Shown: piece by piece, positions 38,751-50,940 of the stretch
Layout: each line of letters starts with the position of its first letter
How positions within the stretch are numbered: position 1 is the stretch's first letter
DNA from: Felis catus
Lineage: Eukaryota
Reading direction: 5' to 3'
Length of the DNA stretch: 64,000 bases
NCBI RefSeq assembly: GCF_018350175.1
Contig: NC_058369.1
Span: forward strand, 22,384,001-22,448,000
The notes under the pieces: generated by a model
Told to the model about the DNA's origin: nothing
Database searches by the model: none
The model's input: only the letters and a program-made list of their open reading frames with translations
Translations under genes and position numbers: made by a program

Positions 38751-39257
38751 TGATGAGGGAGCATGGGGCATGTTGATGACAACATACAGGCTAACAGCAA
38801 CCCCCATCCCTCACCCCCCCCCCCCCCCCCCCCCCGCCACCCAGGTGGGACTTGTATGATATTCCTTGGATACTCCCAGCTACCTGAAAACAGGAAGGGA
38901 CAAAAAACATATGAGGGTCTTCACCAGTCTACCAGAAAAAGGGAATCCCATCAGGTCCAGGAACTCCCTACAGTCTTAATGTTAATGCTTTGGTAGAGGG
39001 AAAAACACCCTTAGTTTGACAATAGCTAGGCCTCCAGTAAGTCTTTAGCATGGGAAAGTCTCTTTGGAAACTCCCTCTTGACTTTATCTCCCCGGAGTCC
39101 ATGAAAGTCACCACCATCCCCCAGCTCTTCCTGCCCATGGGCCCTGTCCCAGTGCTTTAATAAAATCACCTTTTTGCACCAAAGACGTCTTCAAGAATAC
39201 TTTCTTGGCCGTTGGCTCTGGACCCCAAGAACCCCCCATCACCCCAAAACTTCATCA
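38751..39257 (+). mobile_element. Carnivore ERV solo LTR (copy B, same family as A)
   Basis: tgatgagggagc...catca termini; AATAAA; TSD ctgt/ctat. Confidence 0.8.
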
Positions 39258-39558
39258 CTATCATTATGAAAAATGTAAACGATGAAGAAGTTGAAAAAAT
39301 AAGGAGTAAATCCCCCCAACCCCTACTTAATCATCCCTCACCAGACGTGACCACTGACAACAGCTTGCTGTGTATCTTTCCAAACCTTTTCCCCAGCCTT
39401 TGACAAACACTCCCATAGGTTTCTACAAAACTGGAATCATTTCTCAAAACAAAGAGTGGAAACTGGTGGTGTGTTTTGCAGACAAGTTTTTTGCAAGTAA
39501 ATTCAATCTACCGCACCTCTCTGTGTTTGTAATTTCACTTTAGTGAAAGTAGCAATCC

Positions 39559-39912
39559 TGCTGTGGACTGGATGTTTGTGTACTGCCCCCAAGTCTATAT
39601 ATTGAAACCCTAATCCCCAAGGTGATGGTGTTAGGAGGTGGGGCCTTTGGGAGGTGATTAGGTCACAAAGGCGGGTCCTCATGAATGAGATTAGTGCCTT
39701 TATGAAAGAGACCCCAGAGAGATTCCTCACCCCTTCCACTATGCGAAGACACAGTGAGATGAACCAGGAAGCAGACTCTCGCCAGACACTAGTTGGCTGG
39801 CATCTTGATCTTGGGACTTCCAAACTTTCCTGAACTATGGGAGTAAAAGTGTACTGTTTAACCCACCCAGGCGGTGGTATTTTTGTTACAGAAGCCTGAA
39901 GGACCTGAAACA
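39559..39912 (+). mobile_element. MLT1A-like MaLR LTR
   Basis: ttaggaggtggggcctttgggaggtgattaggtca...atgaatgagattagtgcc; TG..CA ends. Confidence 0.9.
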
Positions 39913-40137
39913 ATCTCCCTCCATCTCTACAGCCTCTCAAGGCCCTGTGTGTTTCCTTTGTTATATTGGATTGGCTGGTGTTTGGCTTTGAAATGAATGT
40001 ACCAACAAATTGATTCCATCCGACATCCTGGGGATGGCTCATTAGCATATGAAAAGCCCTAATCTGAATCAACCCCTTAGGCCTGGTTAATAAGTGTAGG
40101 AAGATTAGAATTAATGTTTGGTGAAATTAATGGTGGT

Positions 40138-41006
40138 TAGGGTCTGCCGCATGGGCCACACAATTGGGGGAGTTCAGTGCAAAACAAAAATACAGGGCCC
40201 CTTGTTCAAAAAACAGGAAAAAGTGCCATTAAAGATACTGAGACATAATGCTTTTTCTTTCTTCCAGGGTTTCTTTCTTGACCTGTAATGTAGTTTTAAA
40301 AATTTCTTATTTAGCTCCATATTCCCTCAACAGCAGGGCAACAGGGATACATGTGGAGGAGTGCAGACCCACACAGGCACCCAGGTGGGGGTGAGGGGTC
40401 TTCCTCTGGGATCCTGTTTGCTCACAGGGCCCACTGATTTCCAGTTTCCTGCCAATCTCTGTCTCAGGACACTGCCCAGCTGGGAGCCAGGCACGTGCTC
40501 TTTCCGTGGGCCCACTGCCTAGCTCACCCTGGGTAGGTGGCACCCAAGAGTATTGCAACTTCTGGCTAGCCAGGACATGCTAATTATCTGATTGAGCAGG
40601 ACGCGGAGCTTGTGTCTGTGGTGCTGCCAACTTGGGGTTTGGACAGTCATGCCATGTTTCAACCAGAAACACTGCAGGCCACCTAAGCCGACCCCAACAA
40701 TCTCCACACTCATGTCCTGGTCCCCAGTGGGGGCAAAGTGTAGCAACAGTCATGGAGTGGGACAAGGCCTGGAGGAGGAGGCCGATCAGGAGGAGGACAG
40801 AGAACCTGTCCTTAGGAGGCAGCAGGAGGCCAGACAGTGGTTCGGAGCCTCGGCATCTGCTGCATTGTCCCTGTACACTTCGCTTACAAAACACAAATTC
40901 AAAGATAAAAGTATTGGGAATTCAATAGGTGACTGTAGACCGTTAAGCCCAAGTGTGAGCTCTCCTCTGTGCCTGCCCTGTTGGCTTGCCTGTGAAGCTG
41001 GCCCTG
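40138..41006 (-). mobile_element. MER45B/C-like hAT-Tip100 DNA transposon
   Basis: Minus strand starts CAGGGCCAGCTTCA and ends TTGAACAAGGGGCCCTG...TTTTGCACTG, as in MER45. Confidence 0.8.
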
Positions 41007-42149
41007 AGGGCACACAATGGCTCAGGAGTGAGGGCCATTGGGTAAGATGTGGGAAGTGGGAGGCCCAACCCCGGCAGCAGCACAGGGCTTCTGGGGTCCT
41101 GTTGGAAAGCCTGTAGATCTTTTCCTAAGTGTACTGGGTGTCTGTCTCTTCCAGCAACGTGCTAGCCCCCATACCAGAGCAGAGAGGGGGCCCTCCTTGC
41201 CTGCCAATAGGCTGAGGACTTTTCCTGCTCCGTAACAAAATGTCTGCTCATGAGCAGAATTTGGTCTAGATTTGCTCTCACAGCAAGTTGGTAGCAGTGG
41301 GGTATACAGCACACCGACCTGCTTTAAGCACCCAGAGCTGCTGATATTCCCAAAAGGAACAGAGGCCAGTTTGCTGCGTCGTTCTAGTCCTTCTCCCAAT
41401 TGATGGTTACTTTATGTACTTTCTCGCTTACTTGGGTGTTGTCAGTCTGTCCTTTGTATTGTGACTGTCCTGAAGGCAGTGGCTTTGGTTCTTCCTCATT
41501 GTCTGCTTGGGGTTCAGCAAAATGTCTGGCCCTGACTATGTCTCTATACAGTGTTGAGGATCCTCTAGTGTGAAGCCAGGTAGTCAGATGCTCCATTTGT
41601 CATGGAAAGAAAGGAGGGGAAGCAGGTTTCACAGATGTCCTTAAGGACCATCCAACCTGCCAGTTGTCTGTTTGGTTATGTCTGTGAGTTCACAGCTAGT
41701 GTTGTCTTTAAGTTGTACTAAACTTTTAATATTCCAGGCAGAGATCAAAAGAACTGCTGCTTCAATGTATAGAATTCTACTCCTTTCATTCTTTTTTCGG
41801 ACTTGAATTTGTCTGAGATGGAACAACAAGGCTGACAAAGTTCTCTGTGCAATGATGGGGTACAGTGGCAGAATCCGAGATACAATGTCAAATAGACATC
41901 ATATTGTGTCCTTTCCATTAAAAACAGCAACAACAACGTATTGGGTACATGGTTAGCTTTTTTGAATTCAGAACCCTTCCATAAAGTAGGAATAATGACA
42001 TTCTTTTTGTGGGGAGATTAAATAAGGTCATGTACATTAAGCTATCGGTCCAGGTCCTGGCACAGAATAGGCAATCTGTATGCAGAGCAGCTAATACCAT
42101 CTTTGGCCCAAGAAAAACTGTAATGTGGCATTTGACTTGTATTTTCCAT

Positions 42150-42540
42150 TAGTTACTCTCTTGCTCGCATTACTGATATTAACACCACAGATGTAGAGCG
42201 GGAAAATAAGCTATAATGTTAGCAGCCTAAGACGAGATGTTTTTCTCCCTTATCCTACAAGTCTGGATTAGGTGGACTGAGTACTCTGCTCCACATCACC
42301 ATCATCCTTACTCTGAGACCCAGGCTGGTAGAACTTGGCTGGTTGCTATGGCAGAGGGAGCTCTGGAGGGTCTCAAATCAGCACCCAGTGCCGATGACAT
42401 GCCTCATTTCTGCTCACAGCTCATTGGCCAAAACTGGTCGTGTGTTTCTACTCAATTGCAGGAGACCAAGAAGTATAATCTCACCATGTGCTCAGAAGGT
42501 GGAGAACCAGAATATTCAGTGAGCAGTGTTAATGACAAGT
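42150..42540 (-). mobile_element. Old MLT1 LTR fragment
   Basis: tctgctcacagctcattggccaaaactggtc...ggagaaccagaatatt. Confidence 0.6.
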
Positions 42541-42573
42541 GTGTAATAAAAACCACTGTTTATCAAGTGCTTC

Positions 42574-42944
42574 TGCCGAGGATTGAATGTTTGTGTCCCA
42601 CCCTCAACACCCGATTCATGTGTAGAAACCTAATCTAATAATGGTATTAAGAGATGGGGACTTTGGGGAGGCAATTAAGTCCTTAGGTATTAAGGTAGAG
42701 CCCTCATGAATGGGATTAGTGCGCTTATCAAAGAGACTCTAGAGAGCTCTCTTGGCCCTTCGGCCATGTGAGGTCACAGTGAGAAGATGGCCATCTAAGG
42801 AGCATGAAGCAGGTTCTCATTAGACATTGGATCTGCTGGTACCTTTATCTTGACCTTACCAGGCTCCAGGACTGTGAGGAATAAAAATGTTTGTCCCTTA
42901 AGCCAACCAGTTGGTGTTCTGTTACAGCAGCCAGAACTAAGACA
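42574..42944 (+). mobile_element. MLT1A-like MaLR LTR
   Basis: TG...CTAAGACA; 5-bp TSD gcttc/gcctc. Confidence 0.9.
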
Positions 42945-43010
42945 GCCTCCTCTGTGCCAGGCGCTGTACTATGTACTTTACACATACAGAACCACAGATT
43001 TCCCCAAGAA

Positions 43011-43218
43011 TTTTTTCCCCTAATATATATTTATTTTTGAGAGAGAGAGACAGAGTATGAACAGGGGATGTACAGAGAGAGGGAGACACAGAATCTGAAG
43101 CAGGCTCCAGGCTCTGCGCTGTCAGGACAGAGCCTGATGTGGGGCTCAAACTCACACCGTGGGGTCATGACTTAAGCTGAAGCCAGACACACAACCAACT
43201 GAGCCCCCCAGGTACCCC
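43011..43218 (-). mobile_element. CanSINE
   Basis: Body and head in reverse orientation. Confidence 0.93.
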
Positions 43219-43742
43219 GCTTCATTTCTCGTGCTCTGTATCAATCCGGGGTACCTGAGGGAGCAAAGCTCCCTTTGCTCAGCCGTCTCTGCTGACATAG
43301 GGTGGAGCTTCCTTGCTGTGTCTGGCTCAGGGAGCTTACATCTCAAGGGTAACTTGTCTCCAGTAATGTCCTTTCCCTGTGAGATGTTCCACCGAGAACT
43401 AAAATACTAGAAGGCTGGAAACTGAGACCATTTGCTTCCTGCTCACTGGAACTTAAGACCCTAGAAGGGTTACCCTCTGCCCTTGAGAGCAGCTTTTTGG
43501 ATTTTAATTCTCACTTGTGCTTTTGGAACACTTCATGGTTGACAGAGCTTTCTCGCTAGCATCCAGGAGTTGAGAGAAGGAGGCAATATCAGGAGTGGCA
43601 CAAGCTTTGTTCAGGCGACTGAATAAGTCAGCCAGGCCCTAAGAGGCAGGCACTAGTGACCGGATGGTGTTCCGCCCCTCCCTCCTTGCACACGTAACAC
43701 CTGAAGGCCTCTTCTGGTGGGGTATTTTAAATGCAGCTAAGG

Positions 43743-43960
43743 GGGGCGCCTGGGTGGCGCAGTCGGTTAAGCGTCCGGGACTTCAGCCAGGTCACGATCT
43801 CGCGGTCCGTGAGTTCAAGCCCCGCGTCAGGCTCTGGGCTGATGGCTCGGAGCCTGGAGCCTGTTCCCGATTCTGTGTCTCCCTCTCTCTCTGCCCCTCC
43901 CCTGTTCATGCTCTGTCTCTCTCTGTCCCAAAAATAAAAATAAAAACGTTGAAAAAAAAA
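43743..43960 (+). mobile_element. Young felid SINEC_Fc-type SINE
   Basis: CpGs intact; direct repeat attttaaatgcagctaagg at 43724-43742 and 43961-43979. Confidence 0.97.
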
Positions 43961-44699
43961 ATTTTAAATGCAGCTAAGGAAGCTTCCAAGGGAAAATTCC
44001 TCCTCTTAAGGTTTACTGTGTTCCCTCATCTATGGTCATTCTGGCTCCTTAGGATGTAATACAATTGTGATCTGCTTTGCAGAAAAAAGATTATTCTATT
44101 TAAGTGTCAAATTTACAAAAGAATTAAATTAGGAATTGATTTTAAGAAGACTCACCACAAGCTTTCTTTAAACAGAAAGGTACCTTGGAGGCATTTCAAA
44201 TGATTTAATTTGCACACAACCCTTCAGGAAGATCTAAGGTGTAGAGAGGAAGGTAGACAAGTGTGATTTGTGTGGGCATAAATGCGTGTGCTGCTTCTAA
44301 ACCCTGTACATATTTCTGTGATTCCATCTATCGTACTCTGTACATCGTGAGCATTTGTTTTCGTGTCTGTTATTACCATTATAATGTGAGTCTGTTGCTG
44401 GCAGGGAGCACACCTTAATCATCTGTATATCGCCAGTACCCCGTGGGGTGGTTGACAGTGGGATTCATGTCTTATTTTCTTTCTATCCTTGGCACCTGGC
44501 TTAGGGACTAGCATTTGGGGGCATTGAGAAAATATTTGTTGAATTGAAATAGCTAACTATAAGTTTCCTTCTTTGGAAATAGCGCAGATTGTTTGCACTT
44601 ATCAAAATCCTCTTGTTAGTATGGCCCATTACAACCATTACTGTATTTAATGTTCCCAGCCATTGGCCACCTGTAGGAACTCTGGCTTCCCACTGATGA

Positions 44700-45010
44700 G
44701 TTCATTTTTTGAATGCCTCTCATATGCCAGGCACCGAGCTAGTAGCTGGAGATACAGTGAGCAAGTCAGATGGGGGTGTCTGAACTTGTGGTGCTCATGG
44801 TCAAGGCCAGGCAGAGGAAAAAGAAGTGACACCAGTGTGGTGAGTACCTCTAGGGTGGAACATAGGACAAAAGAGCAGAAGTGGTGTCTAAGCTAAGATT
44901 TGAAGGGCAAGGAGGCATGAGTCAGATGATACGGATGGGAAAGAGGTTCCAGGCACAAGGAACCAAAATGAGGTAGAGCCAGAGCCTACGGAGAAAGGCA
45001 CAGAGAGGGG
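44700..45010 (-). mobile_element. L2 3' fragment
   Basis: ttcattttttgaatgcctctcatatgccaggcac...agctaagatttgaagg. Confidence 0.7.
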
Positions 45011-45201
45011 AGAGGCAGCAACGGAGGTTGGCCAGGGCAGGTTGGGAGAAGCCATGTTCCCTGGGTGGTAGAGTTTGGAATGGATACTGAGGAGGGGAGG
45101 GGAAGGATGAAAGGTGCCTCTGACCACAGCATGGAGGATGATTTGGGGAGACCAACACCTAAGTCAGTTTGGACTTTTAATGTCCAAGGGAGTATTTTCT
45201 T

Positions 45202-45698
45202 GTGGAAAGAAATGAAGACCAACCAAATGAGAAGGAGCAAAGGCTATTTATTCAGAGCTTGCTATACAAGGGAGTCAGACACTGCCACTTGCTTTTGGGC
45301 AGAGACTCAATGGCAGGCAGAGTGGGAAAAAGGGGAAGGCTTTAGATGTGTCCTGAGCAGCCATAATTGGCATGGGGAGCTGTAGGCAGACCAACCAGAA
45401 GTGGGGCATTCTATGTGTTTAGTTAGGGGTACGTATTTGGTTTATTCCGGTTGGTCCCATGTTGGAAGCAGGGACAACAATTAGGAAAGCTGTCAGTGAT
45501 TCATCAAGTCCTGACCATTTTGGGTTGACTGTTATAAAAGTTATTGTTTGGCTTCTTGGATTATTACTAGAGATAGCAGTCGGACCTCCTAAAAGTCTCG
45601 CAGGCTGGTCTCCTGGACTGGTTATTTCAGAGAAGGGGTTCATTTTGTGGGCAGCTTGCTGCAGGTTGTGGGTCCCTGTTCTATTTTTATGAAAACAT
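45202..45698 (-). mobile_element. ERV1 LTR (MER89/90/110-like)
   Basis: Minus strand reads taaaaatagaacagggacccacaacctgcagcaag; AATAAA near the other end. Confidence 0.65.
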
Positions 45699-48051
45699 AT
45701 GTATTTTTATAGAGTCTGAACATCATCCGTATATAGAGTGCCTTGTTATCTTCAGAGAGAACTATTTACAGTTGCAGGTATTTAAATTAGAGCTGCAAAC
45801 AAGAGCAATCACTTTCTTTAATGTGTATTAAATTCCCCTAAACATTTATCCCTAATTATACCATTAGCCAATTAAATGGTCTTAAACACATTATAGCACA
45901 TGTATAGATTTGTTTAATATATCTGACTTCTTTCAAGCTCTGCAAATGCCTGGTTGGGAAGATTGATAACCCTCACAGGCAACAGGCTTCTTAAGCATTG
46001 AAGCATTTCTTGCAAATATAATAAATCAAAATTCTTAAGTATCACAAGCCATATTATTTTAAATATTCTAAAAACTTATACCAACCTGGTCAAATTTGAG
46101 TACATCTTTTGAAAGTTTTTTTAAAAGTCCCACATCTGCAATAAATCACATAGGTTCACCAATATGCTCTATCAACCGTTGCTTGTTTTAAAAAAACCAA
46201 AGGTACACAGATTGTCCTGAGAATTACAGATCTTAGTCCTCTTAGTTAACAGTATTAAATTATAAGTTTAAGGTACTTCTTTCGAAACCACCTCAGTTTG
46301 TAAAGTCACTTACCCAAGTTAGTTAAGAGGAGCAACTTTACCACCCACCGTAGGCAGGCTGGGGGTGCTAGGTCAAAAAAATTAGGATCAAAACGTTGTT
46401 GCTTCTCAATCACCGGGACCTGGTGCTACCTACCGTCCACCATGGCACTGGGGAACACACTGGGCCCTTTCTTACAGTCAGTTTCTGACTTCCCTTGGTG
46501 GAGGCCTTCCATGACCGTACCTTCCACTGGGATTTATCGCAACCCACTGCATTCCATTTCCTTTGGGAGGCTTTCACCATTGTTCGTTATTCCCCTTCGC
46601 TTCCTTTAACTCATTACCTGTATAGTGGCTACTTGGTCACCACGTGACTGGATTAAATTATACTCTCAACCGTCCCATTAGATTCTGAATTCCTTGTATG
46701 TTTTCCTCGGCATCCTCTCTGGGGAGTCAGGTTAGGAGGCTGTCCTGGTCAGAGGTAGGTGGGTGACCTGGATGTGAGGATGGAGGCAATCTCAGAAGTA
46801 CTTAGGCTGAGAAAAAGTAAGATTTAATGACAGATTAGATATTGGGGAAGAGGGTATTGAGGGGAAGGGAAGGAACCAGAGATGCTACACAGATTTCTGG
46901 TTTGAGCAACTTGGTAGAAATATGTTTTACATAAAAATCTCTGACCACTTCTTAAAAATTAACTCCTTATGTTAAGACTGATATAATTACCTAAACATGT
47001 GGTGATTTGTAAACAGGCAGAAGCTAGAGGCAGTGAGATGGGCAGAGACACCCACACTGGAAGTCAGGAAACCAGATTCTTTTCCCAGCGTGGCCACTGG
47101 CTTTCTGGTTGCCTGCTGGACAGATCCTGTCTCCTCCCCAGGCCTCCCTTCTCTTGAACAAACACATACATTACAAGTCTGAGTCCTGTTAACTTCAAAA
47201 CACATACATTTGCCAAATGAAAGAGTTGGATTAGGCAGTTTCATAAGCTTCTTTGATAATTTGATGAACACTGAGGACCATCTCCCTAGGAAAATGCATG
47301 AAGCGTTCAGGCACCCTTTCATGGAGTTTACCCCTTCTTCTTATGCTCAACACTCATGGATTAAATGGTTTCCAAAGCTCTTTTTCACGCTCTTAAATTC
47401 TCTGATTTTATGATTCTGCGAACAAAGGCATGCCTCTTCAGCATTTTAAATCACCTTATCTCTTCCAAAGAAACAAGGATAAAAATGGTGCTGCCTTTCT
47501 TAGCTGCTGTGTTCTTTCTTTCCCCCTTTGAATTACCCGATCATCTATTTAGAGTGGAGTCCCTGGGGCAAAGGCTGTCTCTGTCTTTGTATTTGTTCCA
47601 GCAGATAGAATGCAGTTGGATGCTCAACAATGCCTAATTATAATAATATGGTTTGTGGTATAATGTCATCTTTAAGCCTTGATAAATTTAGCACAGATTC
47701 TTAATATCTTAAAAACCTGTACAAAATAGATTGACAACATGTAAGGGAATTTATAAGCCAACTTGTGTTTCCATGTTACAATGTAGGGTTAATGAAATAT
47801 CCCCAGGAGTTTATCTCTAAGAACCCATGTCTCACAGAGTATCAGAATATATGAGAATATATATACACACAGAGAGAGAGAATATATATTCATGAATTAT
47901 ATATTGAATATATTTTCGTGAATTATTTGAAGTTATCAAGATTGATCATTAGACTTACTATTCTTTAAGACTCTTTGATAGTCAAGGTTAGCTTTCTATA
48001 TACTACCTGGAACCCTAATGGAAAGATTTGGCTTCGATAGTGATATTTTCT

Positions 48052-48093
48052 TTCTTTTCTTTTTTTTTTTATTTTTAAAAATGTTTATTTATT

Positions 48094-48135
<42 letters not shown>

Positions 48136-48304
48136 CATGAGGGGGGGAGGGGCAGAGAGAGAGAGGGAGACACAGAATCTGAAGCAGGCTCCAGGCTCTG
48201 AGCTGTCAGCACAGAGCTCAATGTGGGGCTTGAACTCAGAAGCGGTGAGATCATGTCCTGAGCTGAAGTTGGATGCTTAACTGAATGAGCCACCTAGGTG
48301 CCCC
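48052..48304 (-). mobile_element. CanSINE with long (GA)n
   Basis: TSD gata(g/a)tgatattttct. Confidence 0.96.
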
Positions 48305-48570
48305 AGATAATGATATTTTCTAATTGGCTGAGGATTTACCCCTTGAAATACTAAATCTTTTCTTTTCCTCTAGCCATTTTACAGAGATATCTTTGTGAAA
48401 TGTGCTATGTACTTAAGTGCCTTCTTAAACATATTATCTGGAACATAGCCCCCCAGTAGCATTGATTATTATATCATGTGACAGTCTTTAATAATCTGTT
48501 GGTTTAGGTAATCTTATTACCTGTTGAAATATATGCAGAATTGTTTGCCCTGGACTACATATTTTTAGTT

Positions 48571-48773
48571 ATTTTTTTTAAATGTATATTTGTTTATTTT
48601 TGAGAGAGAGTGTGTGAGCAGGGAAGGGGCAGAGAGAGGAAGAGAGAGAAAATCCCAAGCAGGCTCTGCACTGTTAGCACAGAGCCTGAGGCTGGATCTC
48701 AGGAACTGTGAGATCACGACCTGAGCCAAAACCGAGGGTCAGACGCTTAACCTACTGACCACCTGGGCACTGC
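48571..48773 (-). mobile_element. CanSINE
   Basis: Body in reverse orientation; TSD atttttagtt. Confidence 0.9.
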
Positions 48774-49287
48774 CAGATTTTTAGTTTTGTTAGTTACACG
48801 GGCACTACTTCAGAGAGACAAGTTCTGTAAGGTTTGTTAAGAAAAGTGCTGGTCCCCAGCCTGCCTTGCCCCCATCAGCCCTCTGCCACAGGGAAGCACT
48901 TTTAAATGTTTTAGCCGACTTAAAAATTTCCTTCCATATCTGTAAATAACATGGTTGTGTGCTACTTGTTTATTTTTCTCTTTTCAGCTCTATTGATTTT
49001 CCACTATGGAAGATGAGGACTTAACTCTTGCTTTTTCTCCCATCCCTACCACACATGCTCACTTTCCATCCTCCAAAGATAATTCATCATAATTTCAGCT
49101 AAATCAACATTCAGTGTTTACATTATTTTGACTCTATATGCTATTCACAGCTCAACCATGGAGAAAACAATAATTACTTTTCCTTTCCTGCACAATTTTG
49201 TTTTCTTTCAAGTCAATAATTGTCTTTTTTAAAAATTTGCTTCAGTTTTCTGTGTATTTATTTCTGATTCAACCCATTGTCTAAATT

Positions 49288-49437
49288 AGTGCTTCTCAAA
49301 CTATCTGTGTTGAAGGACTAGCTTTTTTTTTCCCACTTTCTAATCTGTTACAGATAGATACTTTTATGATATTAAAAAAAGTACATTTCTGGGACAGTTT
49401 GTGTATAGCACCAGTCCATCAACAGTACTTTAACACT
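49288..49437 (+). mobile_element. Charlie4z-like hAT MITE
   Basis: agtgcttctcaaactatctgtgttgaaggac start. Confidence 0.55.
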
Positions 49438-49491
49438 GAAGGATCTCCTATTATTATATATAAACACATTGAGCATTCTGTCAGTTTTGTC

Positions 49492-49769
49492 TTTTTTTTA
49501 ATGTTTGTTTTTTTTATTTTGAGAGCGAGAGGGAGCACAAGCATTCTGTCAGATTTATCTTTTTTTTTTTAAGTTTTTTTTTTTTATTTTGAGAAAGAGA
49601 GCACAAGCAGGGGAGGGGCAGAGAGAGGGGGAGAGAGAAAAATCCCAAGCAGGCTCCACGCTGTTAGTGCAGAGCCTGACACAGGGCTCAACCCCACGAA
49701 ACATGAGATCACGATCTGAGTAGAAATCAAGAGTTGGATGCTCAACTGACTGAGCCACCCAGGTGCCCC
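49492..49769 (-). mobile_element. Two tandem CanSINEs (3' stub 49492-49539 plus full copy 49560-49769)
   Basis: Target sequence repeated three times around two T-tailed inserts. Confidence 0.85.
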
Positions 49770-50719
49770 AGTTCTGTCTTCTTGAAGAAGCCTCTTCAGA
49801 GCCTTCCGACTTGCCCGTCTGGACTGATTGACTGCCTTCTGTTTACCAGGTATTCAGCTGTTCCAAGGGTCCGAGTTCTCCTCCTTAAGCTTCAGGCTTC
49901 CCTTTGCCTCTCTTTTATTCGGGTTCCCATGCCTTCCTCATACTTGATTTACTCCTTCGTTTTTATGGAGCCTATCCTCCAATAGCTTTCTGGAAAAGGG
50001 TGTGTGAAAAATAAAATTTTCTGAGAGTTCAAATGTCAAAAACTGGGGAAGTTTTCATTTTACTCTCCAGACCACTTATTTGGCTGAGTATGGAATTCTC
50101 GGTTGGATCTCATTTTTCCTCAGCTTTCTTGTCTTCCAGCTCCCAGTGTTGTTGTAGAGAGGCCTAAAACCATGCTGCTTGCAGAACCCTTTTAGACGCC
50201 CTGTTTTGATTTGTGGAAGCTTGGAAGATGCTTCACATGACCTGGGTTTACTTGTGTTCATTATGGCGGGCACTTGGTGAAGTGTTTTAGTTCTAGGAAA
50301 TGTTCTTGCATGATTCCTTCATTTTCTCTTCCTGGAAATTCTATTATTTGGATGGTGGACCTGCTAGAAAGCTCTGTCATGTGGGGATTCTGCATGTAAA
50401 CAGACTTCGTTCTCTCCTTTCCCCACTGCTGACTTAGGAATCAGCATTCTCCTGGCTGCCGATGACCTGGCCTCCTCTGGCTTCCCAAATGACGTGTGAT
50501 TGCCTCCTCTTCCGTTCTCCAAATCCCGTAGTAATTTTTTTTTTTTTAATGATAATTTTAGTAGGGTCTCAGACGGAAGCAAAATTAGACAGGTGTGTTC
50601 ACTTGGCCATCTTTAACCCAGTACCCGGTGTCTGCTTTCTAAATACTGGTATCTGTTCTGCATTGTGCTCCGGCTGCCCACTGTGCTCTCCCTTCAGCCC
50701 AGGAATGTATTTGTTGAGG

Positions 50720-50940
50720 ATGTAGCTGTTGGCTTTCAAAGGCCTCCGAACCAGCCCCACTCACATCACTTACCAGCTGTGTGACTTTGGCCAAATCACT
50801 TCACCTTCAGAAATTCACTTTCTTCATCTGTCTGATGGGATGAATAATACGATCTACCCCATGTGATTGTAGTGAGAACTGGAGATCTGGACACAGCACC
50901 CAGAACAAGGTCACCACTCCATAAATGGCAGCCGGTATTG
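50720..50940 (+). mobile_element. MIR
   Basis: cacttaccagctgtgtgactttggccaaatcacttcacc core. Confidence 0.85.

Larger units (their letters stand above)
48820..50600 (-). mobile_element. Very old L1ME/HAL1-like fragments
   Basis: T-rich antisense L1-like text (ttggctgagtatggaattctcggttgga; ctattatttggatggtggacctgctaga). Confidence 0.5.

Noticed and set aside
37868..39257. Two related LTRs as the ends of one provirus
   Set aside because: Each has its own TSD, they differ substantially, and the spacer holds an older MIR with no PBS or gag/pol
39503..40072. Longest ORF (189 aa, minus strand)
   Set aside because: Mostly the antisense reading of an MLT1A LTR; no recognisable protein family
40592..41116. 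174-aa ORF with an acidic stretch
   Set aside because: Lies largely within the MER45-like transposon; chance ORF in GC-rich sequence
43664..44059. Recurrent peptide family (GAWVAQSVK..., SLEPASDSVSPSL) in many ORFs
   Set aside because: Translations of CanSINE sequence, not a gene family
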